64,000 nucleotides of DNA, from positions 12,756,620 through 12,820,619 of the forward strand of contig JAHRHZ010000133.1 in assembly GCA_024137785.1 (NCBI GenBank), given 5' to 3'. The number at the start of each line of letters is the position of its first letter. Position 1 is the stretch's first letter. Below, in pieces: positions 12,962 to 25,900 of this stretch. Source of the DNA: Ginglymostoma cirratum. Its lineage: Eukaryota. Position numbers and translations under genes: made by a program. The notes under the pieces are model-generated. The model was not told the origin of the DNA. It saw only the letters and a list, made by a program, of their open reading frames with translations, and searched no databases.

Positions 12962-13454
12962 GCCATAATTCTACCATATGCAGACCACGAAAATGACCTC
13001 AATTTCAAGATCCTACCCAAATTCATGCCCCACTGGCTATTTTACAAGTGAGTTTTGCCCCGAACCAACAACCATCTGATGGATTTCAGATCTTTGTGTC
13101 TTTAATACTGTGTTCAAGTGCCTTCATGGCCTTGTCTTCCCTATCCTTGCAAACCCTGCCAGCTCAACACCACACCCAGCTCCTCAAACTTTCCTTGTCT
13201 CTCCCTTTGGCATCATGCAAGAGATACAGAAAATATCCTTTGTTCTGGGCAACTTTTGAAAAAACAACATGCCACTGATCGCTCAGGTAATTTGTTCCTC
13301 CTTAAGTTCCACTGTCTTTTCACTAAGTAGCTACACACTGAACAATCACAATACTCACTGTGATCACAATAGTTTCATAAGCTGTAACTATTCACCATAG
13401 AGTTTCCTACAATGTAATGGATCACTTCCAAGTTACAATGCATTATTTTTTATT

Positions 13455-13790
13455 TGTACATGGGATATAGACATCTCTGAGTGGGTCAACACTTACTGCT
13501 CATCCATCATTGTCCCATTATTCTGAATGGCTTCCTCTGGCCATTTCAGAGGACAGTTAAGAGTTAATCGCTTTGCTGTGGGTCTGGCATCACATGTAGG
13601 CCAGGCGAGGTCAGGATAGCAGATCTCCGTCCCTAAAGGACATTAGTAAACCAGATGGATTTTTACAACATCACCAACGGTTGCATGGCTAGCTAATAGT
13701 TCCAGATTGATATTGAATTCTAATTTCACCATATTGTATAAATGGCTAGTCCAGTGACATTACCATCAAGCCCCTACATCTCCCCCACCT
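13455..13790 (-). mobile_element. tRNA-headed SINE (same family as 54849-55210)
   Basis: Central domain ccctaaaggacattagtaaaccagatgg; tail shared with the LINE. Confidence 0.8.
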
Positions 13791-14324
13791 CACTTCAACT
13801 GAAGTCTTAGCTTTTCGTTACATCCACAACATTATAATGTAATCCATTGCATATATTTTTTTAGAAGGCTCAAACCCCATAGTGAGAATATAACTGGTCT
13901 GCATGTTGTAACCGACTATAACTAAATTCTCTCACAATAGAAAAATAAATAAAACAGAGGTAGCACAAAGGATTGAGAAAAAAATTTAAACTAGCGAGAC
14001 ACATTGCAAATTCAATTTAACATTAATAAAGTATGGAGATACTTTATGGACATAAGAAATTGAATAATTAGTGTATAAGTAATGTGAATGAAATTACACA
14101 TGGGAATAGACACTAATAATAACCGCGTCAATGCCAATATCCAGAGAAATCCATGAAGAAATGATGGATCATAAAGCCGGCAGAGCACTCAATAGACATT
14201 GCACTTCAATGCTCGTGTCAGAGAAAACAAGAATAAAATATTAGCACAAATAATCTGATATTGGTCAGAATCACTATTTCTGACCCAGAGCAGACAGAAA
14301 GTTAACTACTGACTTTAGTATGAT

Positions 14325-14371
14325 CCTCCTGGTGAGTTCGCTCGCCAAGCTGGTTCGTTAGTTCGCAGATG
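14325..14371. mobile_element. 47-bp Penelope-terminus-like insertion, present only in the left duplication arm
   Basis: TSD ttagtatgat at 14315-14324 and 14372-14381; absent from the right arm (~34885). Confidence 0.6.
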
Positions 14372-17227
14372 TTAGTATGATTTTCTTTCAAGCCCATCTT
14401 CTGATGCAGGATCCTTTCTAATAGATGCAGTGCAGCAATCCTCCCAGAAAGCCACAGTGACAGACTTTGTAGAAAACACATCTTTTTCTTGACGGTGGCT
14501 ACCATATTCCATAAGTAAAAGTAGTCAAATGTCTGAGAGTCTACAGAGACAAGGCAAGTGTGTAAAGTAATTGGATAAGGGGTAGTGTTGTGCGTGGTTG
14601 AATGAAGGTGTGAACGACTGTGTGGATGAGACGACAGGTGGTGGGTAGGAGAGGCAGTAGGTGGTATGTCATTAAAGCAGTAGGCTGGCAGGAGGATCCG
14701 TGAGGGGTAGGGTGGCAGGTTAGTGATGGGGTAGGTTGAGTTTCAGGGTAATCTCGTCAGCACAGTGAGGGGTATGGGGGCTCTTAGGTTAAGGGAATAG
14801 ATGTGTCTGTAAGAGGGTGAATAGGTTGTTCATGTTGTGGGGATCAAGTAAGGAGGTGGTTGGAAGAGCTGGGATAGCCAGAGATTTGGGGAGGCGTGCA
14901 ATTGGATCAGTTATATTGTTACCCATGAGTTGCAGCCTGTATTAATTGTCTAACATTTCCTGGGTACTGATTCAGAACCCTGTGAAGACTCCAACTTTAG
15001 TTTAATGTTGGAGACCTTCCATGAGAGTTCTGTTTGGCGGTACTTGCCCATTGTAAGCTTAAACTTTGCAAATATTCTCTCAAAGACAATGTATCAGAAT
15101 GTCTGGATGGCCTGACATACATCCTTTGAGGTATGTCTGGTTTCTGACTCTTTAGAGTCTGGAAGACCTGGACCATTATGTTCTGATTTCTTTACCTGAC
15201 CACAAAATGGTGCACATTGAGTACAGATTTATGTGCCTGTTGTGAAGAAATTTAAATTTGATTTTCATTTTTGTCTATGTAGCATAGATTCACTTAGAAA
15301 GATGCATGGAAATGCGGAAATAATGGGACAATATGATCAGGTTTGGATTGCTTGAGCAGAAACGCGATGGACGTCTGGCCTTCTTTTGCAGTCTAAGCGT
15401 CTCTATTTTTTTACAATATTTACAGTAAAGAAAGTACAGAGCAGACCACAAAGTCTGAACCCATAAGGGATAATTGTTCCTGAGCCTGATGGTCAGCCAA
15501 TGGAAGACCTCAATGAACGGCCCAGATAAAGAGAATATTTCTCAGTCTATACCAAACAAGTCAGATTAGGGGCTATAAATAGAGTTTAGTAAAAATCAAT
15601 TTGCAAGAAGTATTCAAAAAACGTCTCATTCAAACAACGATAAATCATTGAATCTTAAAAGCAAATGAAGCATAATAAATTTGGAAATAGGAGCAGAATT
15701 GTAATATTTAAAAAAAACCTATTCAGCAATGAACTGGAAACTTCATTAATTTTTAATGACGACATGAGGATAGATTTTTCTCTCGTTATTATTCAGTGTG
15801 ACCAGACAGCAGGCAGGCAATTTTTAAAAAAAGAACTTGTTTTTGTCCTCTTACACGAGGTCCATTTGATGAGACAGTCATGGCTAACATGGCTAACCCT
15901 TCTGCTTGGAACATGTGGGAGTCTCAGTAATATATTATAAATCACTGTCCTATGATCGAGAGGAGAGTCTCTTTGGAAAATATTTTCATTTATTTTTAGA
16001 AATGGATGTTGCTGCTTGACCCCATAGAAGCTTTACTATCAGTCCCTCACCTGCCATCTCCTTTTAAGGTGTCCCTGCTTGCTCAGGCTCACAGAGTAGA
16101 AGTACTCAGGGATTCAGTTCCTTTGCTTCCTTTTAAGCTACTGATTTTCCTGAGGACTGAGTAAAATGACTAACAGTGTTTGGAAAGTGCAAAGCGTTGT
16201 TTATATAAGTTGTGTAATTTATCTACATTTTAATATCCTTTGTTTCAAATTTTTGAATTTTGAATTGGTGACAATTGTTTTTTCTGTATGCCTGAAGGTG
16301 TTTAATGATTAAAAGTTCTAAGTATTCCTAAAGTTATGGTAATTTATTTTTAAAACATTTCGTGAGAGAGAGAGTTCCTGGAGTGTGAAATAACTCCACA
16401 GAGGCTGGTATCCCATCACCAAGCCACCCTTTATTTCCATGTGGACTGTTGTTGACACTGATCCGGCACCCTCAGAGCCAGCTCTCAGAGTGCACAAGAT
16501 GTCTGACACTCCTGTTCGTATCTGTCAGCCAGGGCTCCCTGATTAGACCAGATTAACAGCCCCAATCAGGGAACTCATATTCGATGAGGTCCCCTGGCTG
16601 ACCTCATTACAGTCATGACATCCCTCCCCGTCTGAGTCTAAGGACATAGGTCTGTTCATTTTTTTTTGTATCTCCTCCTTGGGCATTTTATTACTGTGTC
16701 TGGTTCTTCTGAATCTGCTTTTGATATGGGTGGTGTGTTATGCACAGTAGCTTGACTCTTGCGCATGGAGCATTCCAGAAGAAATTTATTCTCCTCTTCA
16801 GGCAGCAAAGGTGACATCTGCCATGTCCATATCAGATTCCAAAGTATCTTGAACACTTGACAGTGAGGGAGAACCCACAGTTGGAAAGGCTGTCAAAGAA
16901 GCGGGTACACTTTGCTTCCTCACCATTTGTGGGTTTGCAGCTTTCATATGATCTACTTGCTTGTTCAGGACTGAACAGTTACCCGAACATTATATGTCAC
17001 TAGATCTGACCTCGCAACAACCTTGCCTCTTACCCATACAGAACCATTCCCATGGTTTCTACAACAAACTTCATTTCCTGAAGTAAACTGTCCCTCTCGC
17101 TTAGATGAGTCTTACGTCCAGCATTGGCATTCCTGATTCCATTACACCCTCCATCCCCCAAGTCTGGAAAGATCAGAATTAACCTGGTATGGATTCTCTC
17201 CCCAGAAGCAACTTGCTGCATTTTCTT

Positions 17228-17555
17228 AAAAAAAAACCATTCACAGGATGAGGGCATTGCTGGCTAGGCCAGCATTTATTGCCCGATGGGAATTAAGAGT
17301 CAACTACATTGCTGTGGGTCTGGAGTCACATGCAGGCCAGGGAAGGATGGCAGTTTCCCTCCCTAAAGGGAATTAGTGAATCAAGTGGACTTTCCAACAA
17401 CGGATTCATTTTCATCAGTAGATTCTTAATTTTCAATTTTTATTGAATTCACAATCCACATCTGCCATGGTAGGATTTAAACTCATCTCTCCAGAATATT
17501 ACCTATTTCTCTGAATTAGCAGTGCAGTGATAACGCCACGAGGCCATAACCTGCC
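17228..17555 (-). mobile_element. tRNA-headed SINE inserted in the Gypsy integrase region
   Basis: Tail cattcacaggatgagggc...gcatttattgccc; central domain; head cgccacgaggccat. Confidence 0.85.
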
Positions 17556-18375
17556 TGCTGGTGAGGGGTTGGTACTATAAACAAATAGGAACTGGGACAG
17601 TTTGGTACCTAGTGAAGCTGAAAGCTATTTCTTTCACCCAGCCTTCAAAGGTTGGACTGCTCTTTCAGCCAGACCACTGCGTGATTGATGATATGGAGCT
17701 GTCCTGATATTTCAAATATCATTTCCGCTTCTGGAAATTCTCACATTCCCTGCTGGTAAACAATGGCCCGTTATCTGTGACAAGCATTTCCTGGAGTCCA
17801 TGTATTGCAAAAGGTGCGTGCAGTTTTTCTATCATCGTCCCTGTGACTGACGAATGAACACAATGCATGTCCCTCTACTCTTAATGCACACCCACAATGA
17901 GTAAGAACATCAAGTCTGCATCACCAACATTTAACTGAGTCCAGGGTTCACCCAGCCATTCCCTTGAATGTGGGGGTTTTGTTGGCAGTAACTTAGTGCT
18001 GGGCTGTAATTCTAAGTGCATATAATTACAAGTTGGAATACCACCCAGGAGGACAAGTAGCAAATGCAGATGCATTGAGCTGCGTCCCACTGGCAGACAC
18101 ACCACCAGTGGTACAAACACTGGAAGAGTCCCATAATAGTTCTAAATTTTCTGGGCCCACTTCCAGTCACAGCTGAGAATATCAGACTTTGGACAGAGAA
18201 AGGTCCAGTCCTGCCAAAACCAAATAATCCGCAAAGGCTGATATACCGTCACCAACTCAGGCTTTATTTACATATGGAGAGCCCTTGACACTGATCCGGC
18301 TCCCTCAGAACCAGCTGTCAGAGCGAGCAAGATGCCTGACACTCCTTTCTTATTTGTCAGCCAGGGCTCCCTGAC

Positions 18376-20172
18376 TTTTTAGAATTCATTCTGCAGGATG
18401 TGAGCTTTGCTAGCTGGCCAGCATTTACTGCCCGTCCCTAGTTGCCCTTGACAAGGTGGTGGTGAGTTGCCTTCTTGAGACGCTGTAGACCACCTGCCAT
18501 GGGTTGACCCACAGTATCCTGAGGGAGGGAATTCCAGGAATTTGTCTCAGCGACAGTGAAGGAATGGCGAAATATTTCCAAGTCAGGACAGTGAGTGGCT
18601 TGGAGGGGAACCTAAAGGTAGTGGTGTTCCCATATATGTGCTGCCTTTGTCCTTCTGGAAGGAAGTGGTCATGGGTTCAGAAGGTGCTGTCTGAGGATCT
18701 TTGGTGAATTCGTGCAGTTCATCTTGTAGATAGCACACACTGCTGTTACTGAGTGCCGGTGATGGGCAGAGTGGATGCTCGTGAATGTAATGCCAATCAA
18801 GCAGGTTGCTTTGTCCTGGATGGTGTCAAGCTTCTTGAGTGTTGTTTGGGCTGCACTCATCCAGGCAAATGGGGAGTATTCCATCACACTCCTGACTTAT
18901 GCCTTGTAGATGGTAAACAGGCTTTGAGGAGTCAGGAGGTGAATTACTCGCTGCAATATTCCTAGCCTCTGACCGCTCTTGTAGCCATTGCATTTATATG
19001 GTGAGTCCACTTGAGTTTCTGATTTTTTGATAACACCCAAGCTGGTGCTAGTGGGGGATTCAGAGATGGTAACACCATAGAATGTCAAGGGCAGTGGTTA
19101 GATCGTCTCTTGTTGGCGATGGTCATAGCCTGGCATTTGTGTGGCACAAATGTCACTTGCCACCTGTCAGCTCAAGCCTGGATATTGTCCAGATCCTGCT
19201 GCATGTGAATATGGAATGCTTCAGTGTCTGAAGCCGAGGTTTCCTGAGGAACTCCTGCAGAGATGTCCTGGAGCTGAGATGACTGACTTCCAACAACTAC
19301 AATCATCTTCCTAAGTGTCAGGCATGATTCTAACCACCAGAGAATTTGCCCCTGGTACACATTGATTCAAGTTTTGCCAGGGCTCCTTGATGCCACACTC
19401 ATTCGAATGGAGCCTCGATATCAAGGGCTGTCACTCTCACCTCACCTCTGGAATTCGGCTCTTTTGTCCATGCTTGATCTAAGGCTGTAATGAGGTCAGG
19501 AGCTGAGTGGCTCTGGTGGAACGCAAATTGGGCTTCACTGAGCAGGTTATTGCTGAGCAGGTGCTGCTTGATAACATTGTTGCTAACACCTTCCATCACT
19601 TTACTGATGATTGAGAGTAGACTGATGGAGTGGTAATCAGCCGGGTTGGATTTGTCCTGCTTTTTATACAAGAAGTACTAGGGAAATTTTCCGCATTGTC
19701 GAGCAGATACCAGTGTTGTAACGATTCTGGAACAGCTTGGCTAGAGGAGCGGCACGTTCTGGAGCACAAGTCTTTAGTAATATTGCCAGAATGTTGTCAG
19801 GACCCATAGCATTTGCAGTATCCAGTGTTTTCAACCATTTCTTGGTATCATTTTGGAATGAATCGATTGACTAAAGACTGGTATCTGTAGTATTGGGAAT
19901 GACTGGAGGAGACCGACCGAATTGGATCATCCACTCGGCACGTCTGGCTGAAGATTGTTGCAAAACTTTCAGCCTTATCTTTTGCACTAATGTGATGGGC
20001 TCTTCCATCATTGAGGATGGGGATATTTTTGGAGTCTCCTCCAAAGTTGTCTAATTGTGAGTTGTCTAATTGTCCACCATCATTCACGACTGGATGTGGC
20101 AGGACTGCAGAGCTTGAATCTGATCCATTGGTTGTGGGATTGCTTAGCTCTGTCTATCACTTGCTGCTTCTG
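18376..20172 (-). mobile_element. CR1-group LINE (RT plus 3' tail) inserted in the Gypsy 5' LTR
   Basis: KKQDKSNPADYHSISLLSIISKVME..AQFAF..TALDIEAPF; WLESCL..AGVPQ; 3' tail the same type as the SINE tail. Confidence 0.9.
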
Positions 20173-21094
20173 TTGACCAGATAAATAGCCCCAATCAAGG
20201 AACTCATATTCTGTGAGATCCACCAGGCTGACTTCATTACAATCACTACAGATTATATTGCGAGAGTTTACAACTGAACAAAATGAACAGTGCACTGTGC
20301 TAAATTTTCAGATTGAAGATTTAGAATTATTTTATAAGAAAAAATGTTTGTAGTTTCAGTTTGGGTGGGTTTGTAGGAGTCTTGGCTGAATCTGGGTATG
20401 TGAACACTTGCTCCTAAAAATGGGAGGCATTTTGAAAACTGATAAAGAAGAGGTTACTTCAGTATAGAGAGTTTATTTTAAAAGTTATAGACCCAAGGTG
20501 ATTGGTTAAAACCCTGATGGTGTTATTTGAAGCCAAAAAAGTCCAAGTTCAGTTGTAGGAAGACCCCTGGAAGAGGCTGTCAAATTCTCAAGATGGGAAA
20601 TTAAATGTTATAGAGGTGAAATAGAAGGAAATTCTGTTTGATGTGAATACTGTACAAGATTAATTGGATTATGTTTACAATTTTACAGTTAAATGTTTAC
20701 ATTTGTGTTGTCTGCAAATAGTTTAGTTTATTTTATATTATCTTCATTTCTTTTGTATAAACAGCTTCTGATTTATTGTTTAACCCAAATCTATAGTGTT
20801 GCATGTTTATGTTTCAGTGAAAGATCGCCTTGATGAAATTTTAAACAAATGATTGATCAAGTCAGATTAAAGCCTGAATCTGAGTTAGTCTGTAGTGAGA
20901 CCAGCTGGAATCATATTAGCATGTTAAATTCTATAACAATACCAGAACCAAAGAAGTTCCCATACCTAACAGACCAAGGAGTAGGAGCAATGAGCCACAG
21001 AATGAGGATGGTCTTACATGCAGATGATGAGGCTGATGGGTGGACAAATTGATTTGGTGATCTTGCCTCATTATACAAAACTTCTGAAGAAAAG

Positions 21095-21220
21095 ATATGC
21101 AATGTTGAAGATTTTCATCTTACACTCATCAGGGAAATTCATAAGTAATGCCAATGTTAAGGGAAAACAATATCCACATTGAATGAGGGGAATGTGATGA
21201 TTATCTGACAAACAGATTCT
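21095..21220 (-). mobile_element. Penelope-type terminal fragment with a hammerhead-like core
   Basis: Minus strand cCTGATGAgtgtaagatGAAAatc at ~21110-21133. Confidence 0.45.
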
Positions 21221-21381
21221 GACTGCGGGAGGAAAGCGGTGCACCTAGAGGAAACCCACACAGACACAGGGAGAACATGCAAACTCCACACCGACAGTCG
21301 CCCAAGGTTGGAATCGAACCTAGGTCCCTGGTGCTGTGAGGGGGTGGGGGCAACAATGCTAAGCACTAAGTCACCATGTCG
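21221..21381 (-). mobile_element. HE1 (V-SINE), 5' half
   Basis: Minus strand catggtgacttagtgcttagca...ggttcgattcc...gtttgcatgttctccctgtgtctgtgtgggtttcctc (tRNA head plus V-domain). Confidence 0.85.
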
Positions 21382-22599
21382 CCCCTTCCCTGTATGATCA
21401 GGAAACCTTAGAAGCTCCACTGCACCGTCCACATAAGGCCATAATTGAAGTATCACACTGTGTTCAGGACCTACCAATGCACACTTACCTACATGTTTAG
21501 CACCTCACAATCCAGGCAATCTACTATACAGCCCTGTGATCCAGATCATCCCCAGCCACCATTTCTCACATCTACAATATGCCTAGTTTCTTTCAAACAC
21601 TTGTGAGCATACTCCCTGCACCAACGGATCCATCCAGCCTGTCAGGCTGTATGCCTGTGGTTGAGGACTCACAGATAAAGTCTGAAGCAGCCCTGCAATG
21701 AAATTGTGCAGGACGGTTAGGAAACCTGTTCATCCAGACTCCCGCGCCTCACAATAATCTCCCACCACCTCAACCGCATGAAACTCACCTCCAGGCTAGA
21801 TTCCGGTTATCAGATTCAGATTGGCCAGTTTCATTGCCAATCTGAGTCAGTGCATTGTGAATGGTGAGCAGTTTTAAACTGAGCTTATGCTGTTCAAAAT
21901 ATGACACAAATTTATTCCAGCAGAGAAAAGAGCCTTTCATCCAATCAAAACGGGTTGATTTTGAACCAAGGACATGGAAGTGAAATTTATAATATAATGA
22001 ACTCCATAGCACCATGGTAATTCCCTTGCCGAATGTTTTTTGAGATTCCTGATGCACCATTTGGGAATGTTAAGTAGGTGAATTCCAGCCTGGAAAGTTA
22101 CAGAAAGGAAAGCACTTATCCAGCTGTATGAAACAACAATATTGATTTAATTGCTAGTACACACATCCCACATCCACGGATGTTGGCCAGCCTCTACGAA
22201 ACTTGATGGCACATCTCAGACTCACTTACAGGATGCTTCTTCTCTTCAATGCTGAACCTCAGATAGCAATTGCTGCAACTATCATTGTAATGCTGCAGTG
22301 AGGTGACTGCAAACTGAGGGCTATACGCCCAGTTTATTGTTTGGACCAGAGTGCATCTCTAGTTCACTTTAGTCATTATGCTCATCACACTGAGTGTACC
22401 TGAATGTTCACAGCATCCCTGCCTTGCTTTTTTTGCATTTTGGTCCCTCAGCCAGAGGTATTAGGTTCATATTACTCCAGCTCGTCTTGCCATTTAGCAT
22501 AGACCCAAAGGCAAGAAGCCAGCCATGTTGCTATCTGGCCTCAATCAAGTCATTGGGGATAATATTCAGTCACGATGTCCTGGCAGTAAGTCAAAGACA

Positions 22600-23185
22600 A
22601 TTTCTGTTACCGGCCCAGGGGCTTGGAATCAGTCAGTTGGCCACTCAGGGTTACATAAGGATGAGGAGCCGAATGTTGGGCAGTCTATCATCTACCACAA
22701 ATCTTTCCGGCCAATCGTGGGCTGTTCTTCTCCTGGAATGAGACAGGAGCAGGTGTTGCTAGATATTTCTGGAATAGGTGCCCTGAGTGAGTGAGTAGGC
22801 AGCAAGCAGGCATGCAGGATTAGTGTTGAGGATTGGACTGGGTGAGGATGAGTACAGAAGATATCGCAAGCAGACGTCAGATTGGAAAGTATGAGGCTTG
22901 ATGAGAGTTGGGTACAGTGTTGGAGGTAGAATGAGTGAGACCTATTGGTGGCACTTACGTTGGCAGAGTGGGGAAGTAGATTTATTTTCCTCCAGTGCTC
23001 TGCTCCAGACAGCTGAGGCTTCTTGAACCCCAGTAGCAACATCGAATGAGTCTGGTATGGTTAGGTGCTGTGGCTTCCCTGGCTGGTTCTGAGGGAGGAG
23101 AAAGTCTTTCAGCCTGCACCTTCCTCTCCAGCAGAATTTCCAGGTCCCTGTCTGCAAAGCAAGTGGATAATATTTTCCCCCTAAT
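22600..23185 (-). pseudogene. PIF/Harbinger Myb/SANT (NAIF1/MSANTD-like) gene relic, two exons
   Basis: Mosaic translation CFADRDLEILLE..LLPQNQPGKPQHLTIPDSFDVATGVQEASAV..WRKINLLPHSA; donor GTAAGT at 22958; acceptor cattccAG at 22733; exon 2 EK.TAH..ER....LPNIRLL. Confidence 0.6.
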
Positions 23186-23620
23186 CTGCTGTGTCTGGGG
23201 CAAACATTAGAATCTGTGCCAAGAAACTCTGAACTGAGAGTGGATGTCCTGATGCACAACAGGCTGTTAAAGATGATGTGGTGAATTTTATGATTATCAC
23301 TGAGTGGCAAGTTGTTTCAGGAATGGGTAAGAAGAGGCTAAAGTCATTCTTGAAGGATGCCACAAGGGCGGAGTAGGTTGTTACTGAGGCGAGTTTGGTA
23401 AGATACGATGAGAAAGCTCACTGTTCCTGGTGACAAAAAAAAACTCAATGTAACACACATTGCCAAAAGAAAAATGCCATAGCTTTGCTGAGCTCCATTA
23501 TTGGAGTTCTGATGGAAGACCACCAACCTGAAAGTTTGGACAGAATTTTACCAACCTCCAAGAGGTGGCCAGAGAGGCAAAAAATCAAGGGGAGCCATGT
23601 CAGATGGCTCTCCCACCATT

Positions 23621-23817
23621 CACCAATGCGGAGTCTGAGATAACACAGTGTGGAACTGAAGGAGCACAGCAGGCCCAGGCAGCATCAGAGGAGCAAGAAA
23701 GCTGATGTTTCGGCTCGGGACCCTTTTTCATTTCTGAAGAAGGGTCCTGACCTGAAACGTCAGCTTTCCTGCTCCTCCGATGCTGCCTGGCCTGCTGTGT
23801 TCTTCCACCTCCACACT
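23621..23817. mobile_element. Palindromic Penelope pLTR pair
   Basis: Inverted arms meet at ~23730; plus-strand ctgaagaagggtcctgacctgaaacgtc core. Confidence 0.85.
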
Positions 23818-24260
23818 TCATTATATACCACTGAGGGGTTGTTTTACTGATGGTGGGATCACAATTAGGGCAGCTGAACTAAAGATGCATAGGCCTTATT
23901 GTAGGCTCTTTAACCAGAACATTAGTATTTTTCCAATATCAGATCAAATCACTTGCCTGGTCACCAGGTGGATGAAGGTGGTCTCTCAGTATCAACACAG
24001 GGGAGGAAGGATATTTGAAGAAATGGGTAGGGAAGGAAGACCCTGCAATTTTCTTGGCAAAATTACCTTTTAAGCAATTGTCCCTTTTTTCCTTCTCATT
24101 GCCTGCCAAATATGGCTGGTCTCCTGTCTGGCTTAACAATGATCACCACTGGTACTGGTGGCGCTATTGAGCTGCTGTCTTCAATAGGACAGCATCCATT
24201 TGACTGTTTCTTTATTCTTTCACTGGAAGTTAGTCTCACTGGCTAGACCAGTATTTATTG

Positions 24261-24883
24261 TGTTATGGACCAGACCAGACCCCTCAAATATTTCAACAAG
24301 GTAGCCTAGACCTTAACTTTTTCTTATGTGATGCAACTGGTCAAACTACTTGACGTTAAGCAAAACACACGTTATTTAAACACTATAGTTAAATAGAAAC
24401 AAAATAAGGAGGAATTTAGAATAACTTAACTACTGAGAAGTTTAGCCGAATAATAGATAAAGTAACTATTACTAATTAACTGTTCCAATATAGTAACATT
24501 CCAGAAACACACCTCTTGGCAAAAAGGTAAATTCAGACATAGGTTCTTACATGCAATTCTCCAATCCAGGAGGAAACAACTTCAAGAGAAATTTCAGAGA
24601 AAGTAGAGGTTAGGAATCATTTTTTGAAGCTCTAACACTTCTGGGACCCAAACAGCTTCTGACTGCTACAGCTAAAATAAAACTTGAAAGCTTGATATGT
24701 GAGAACTGACCACTCCCCTTCTATTGTTACAACAGTTGTTTAAAAAAAAAATCACCTAAAGGCCTCATCAACTATTGACTTAGGCCGTCACTGGCAGCCA
24801 CTTCGGTACCTCTGCCTTTACACCCTTTCTTCAAAAAAAAACTCATGACAAAGTAACATTTTTAAAGTGACAACATTGTCACA
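24261..24883. repeat. Solo LTR (623 bp) inserted in a LINE 3' tail
   Basis: tgttatgg...tgtcaca termini; 4-bp TSD ATTG (24257-24260 and 24884-24887); flanks rejoin into the LINE tail tatttattg|tccatatctaattgc. Confidence 0.85.
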
Positions 24884-25323
24884 ATTGTCCATATCTAATT
24901 GCATCTGAAAAAGTGGTTGTGAGCTGCCTTTTTGAATCACCAGAGTCCACATGTACTTTTAGGAAGAGATTTCCAGGATTTCAACATGATCCATAAAACT
25001 GAGGGAAAGGTCTCACCTGCCATACATGAGCACTGGTGACCTCCTCTTCCAGCCAAAGTTGGTTCCACTGGTGGGGCAGCAAAATTAAGCCCGTCAACTT
25101 GGTTTCTCTCTCTACAGATGCTGCTTGAACTGGAGAGTATTTCCTTCATTGTTTGTCATATTTCGGATTTCAACCATCTGTAGAATTTTATTTCTAAACA
25201 CTTGGTTCAGGTCTCAGAACAAAATACATCTTTTACATAATGGACAATAGAAATATGCTACTCTCTGGACTTTGATGCCATTGTTTGTGGCCCTTACCTC
25301 CACTTACCTTAGAGCACCTAACT

Positions 25324-25900
25324 GGGAGATAGTAGGAACTGCCGATGCTGGAGTCTGAGATAACAAGGTGTGGAGCTGGATGAACACAGCAGGCCAGGCA
25401 GCATCAGAGGAGCAAGAAAGCTGAAGTTTCAGCTCTGGACTCTTCTTCAGAAATGGGGGAGGTGAAGGGGGTTCTGAAATAAATAGGGAGAGGGGGAGAC
25501 GATGATAGAAGGTGGGTAGTGAAGCAGATAGGTGGAGAGAGGATGGACAGGTCAAGGAGGCGGGGATGAAGCCAGTAAAGGTGAATGTAGGTCGGGAGTT
25601 GGGATGGGGGTTGGTCAGTGAGGTGGGAGGAGTGGATAGGTGGGTGAAAAGACGGACAGGTCGAGGGGGCGGGGACGAGAGGGGGTGCTGGTCTTGGGAT
25701 GAGGTCGGGACTGGGGAGATTTTGAAGCTTATAAAGTCCACATTGAGATCACTGGGCTGCAGGGTTCCCTGGCAGAAAACAAGGTGCTGTTCCTTCAGCC
25801 TTCGGGTGGCATCGTCGTGGCACTGGAGGAGGCCTAGGATGGACATGTCGTCCAAGGAGTGGGAGAGAGAGTTGAAGTGGTTCGCGACTGGGAGGTGTTG
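25324..25900 (-). mobile_element. Penelope-like element: GIY-YIG C-terminus, 3' UTR and pLTR
   Basis: HFNSLSHSLDDMSILGLLQCHDDATRRLKEQHLVFCQGTLQPSDLNVDF, then a pyrimidine-rich UTR and the pLTR. Confidence 0.9.

Larger units (their letters stand above)
12828..15054 (+). repeat. Left arm of a ~2.1-2.2 kb inverted duplication (partner 34358-36415)
   Basis: Reverse-complement match that crosses several repeat/unique boundaries; gives near-identical ORF translations at 13048+ and 36183-. Confidence 0.95.
16386..20250 (-). mobile_element. Rearranged Gypsy element of the 2432-7798 family
   Basis: 3' LTR 16386-16620 with PPT complement tccctcccc; integrase region 16621-17995; inverted fragment ~18003-18220; 5' LTR split into ~18222-18375 and 20174-20250. 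Confidence 0.88.
23538..25092. mobile_element. Probable non-autonomous DNA element (MITE-like) carrying nested insertions
   Basis: Termini ggacagaatttt / aaaattaagccc form an imperfect inverted repeat; a similar terminus occurs at 63833. Confidence 0.3.

Noticed and set aside
13048-13278. Near-identical ORFs at 13048+ and 36183- as a duplicated gene
   Set aside because: The similarity comes from the DNA duplication. The copies differ by a frameshift, the start is GTG, the sequence overlaps an old L2-like fragment, and there is no protein motif.
14632-14824. Segment missing from the LTR cargo, considered as a spliced GT-AG intron
   Set aside because: The predicted splice junction is ~4 nt off, there is no polypyrimidine tract, and gg.tga microhomology explains a DNA deletion.
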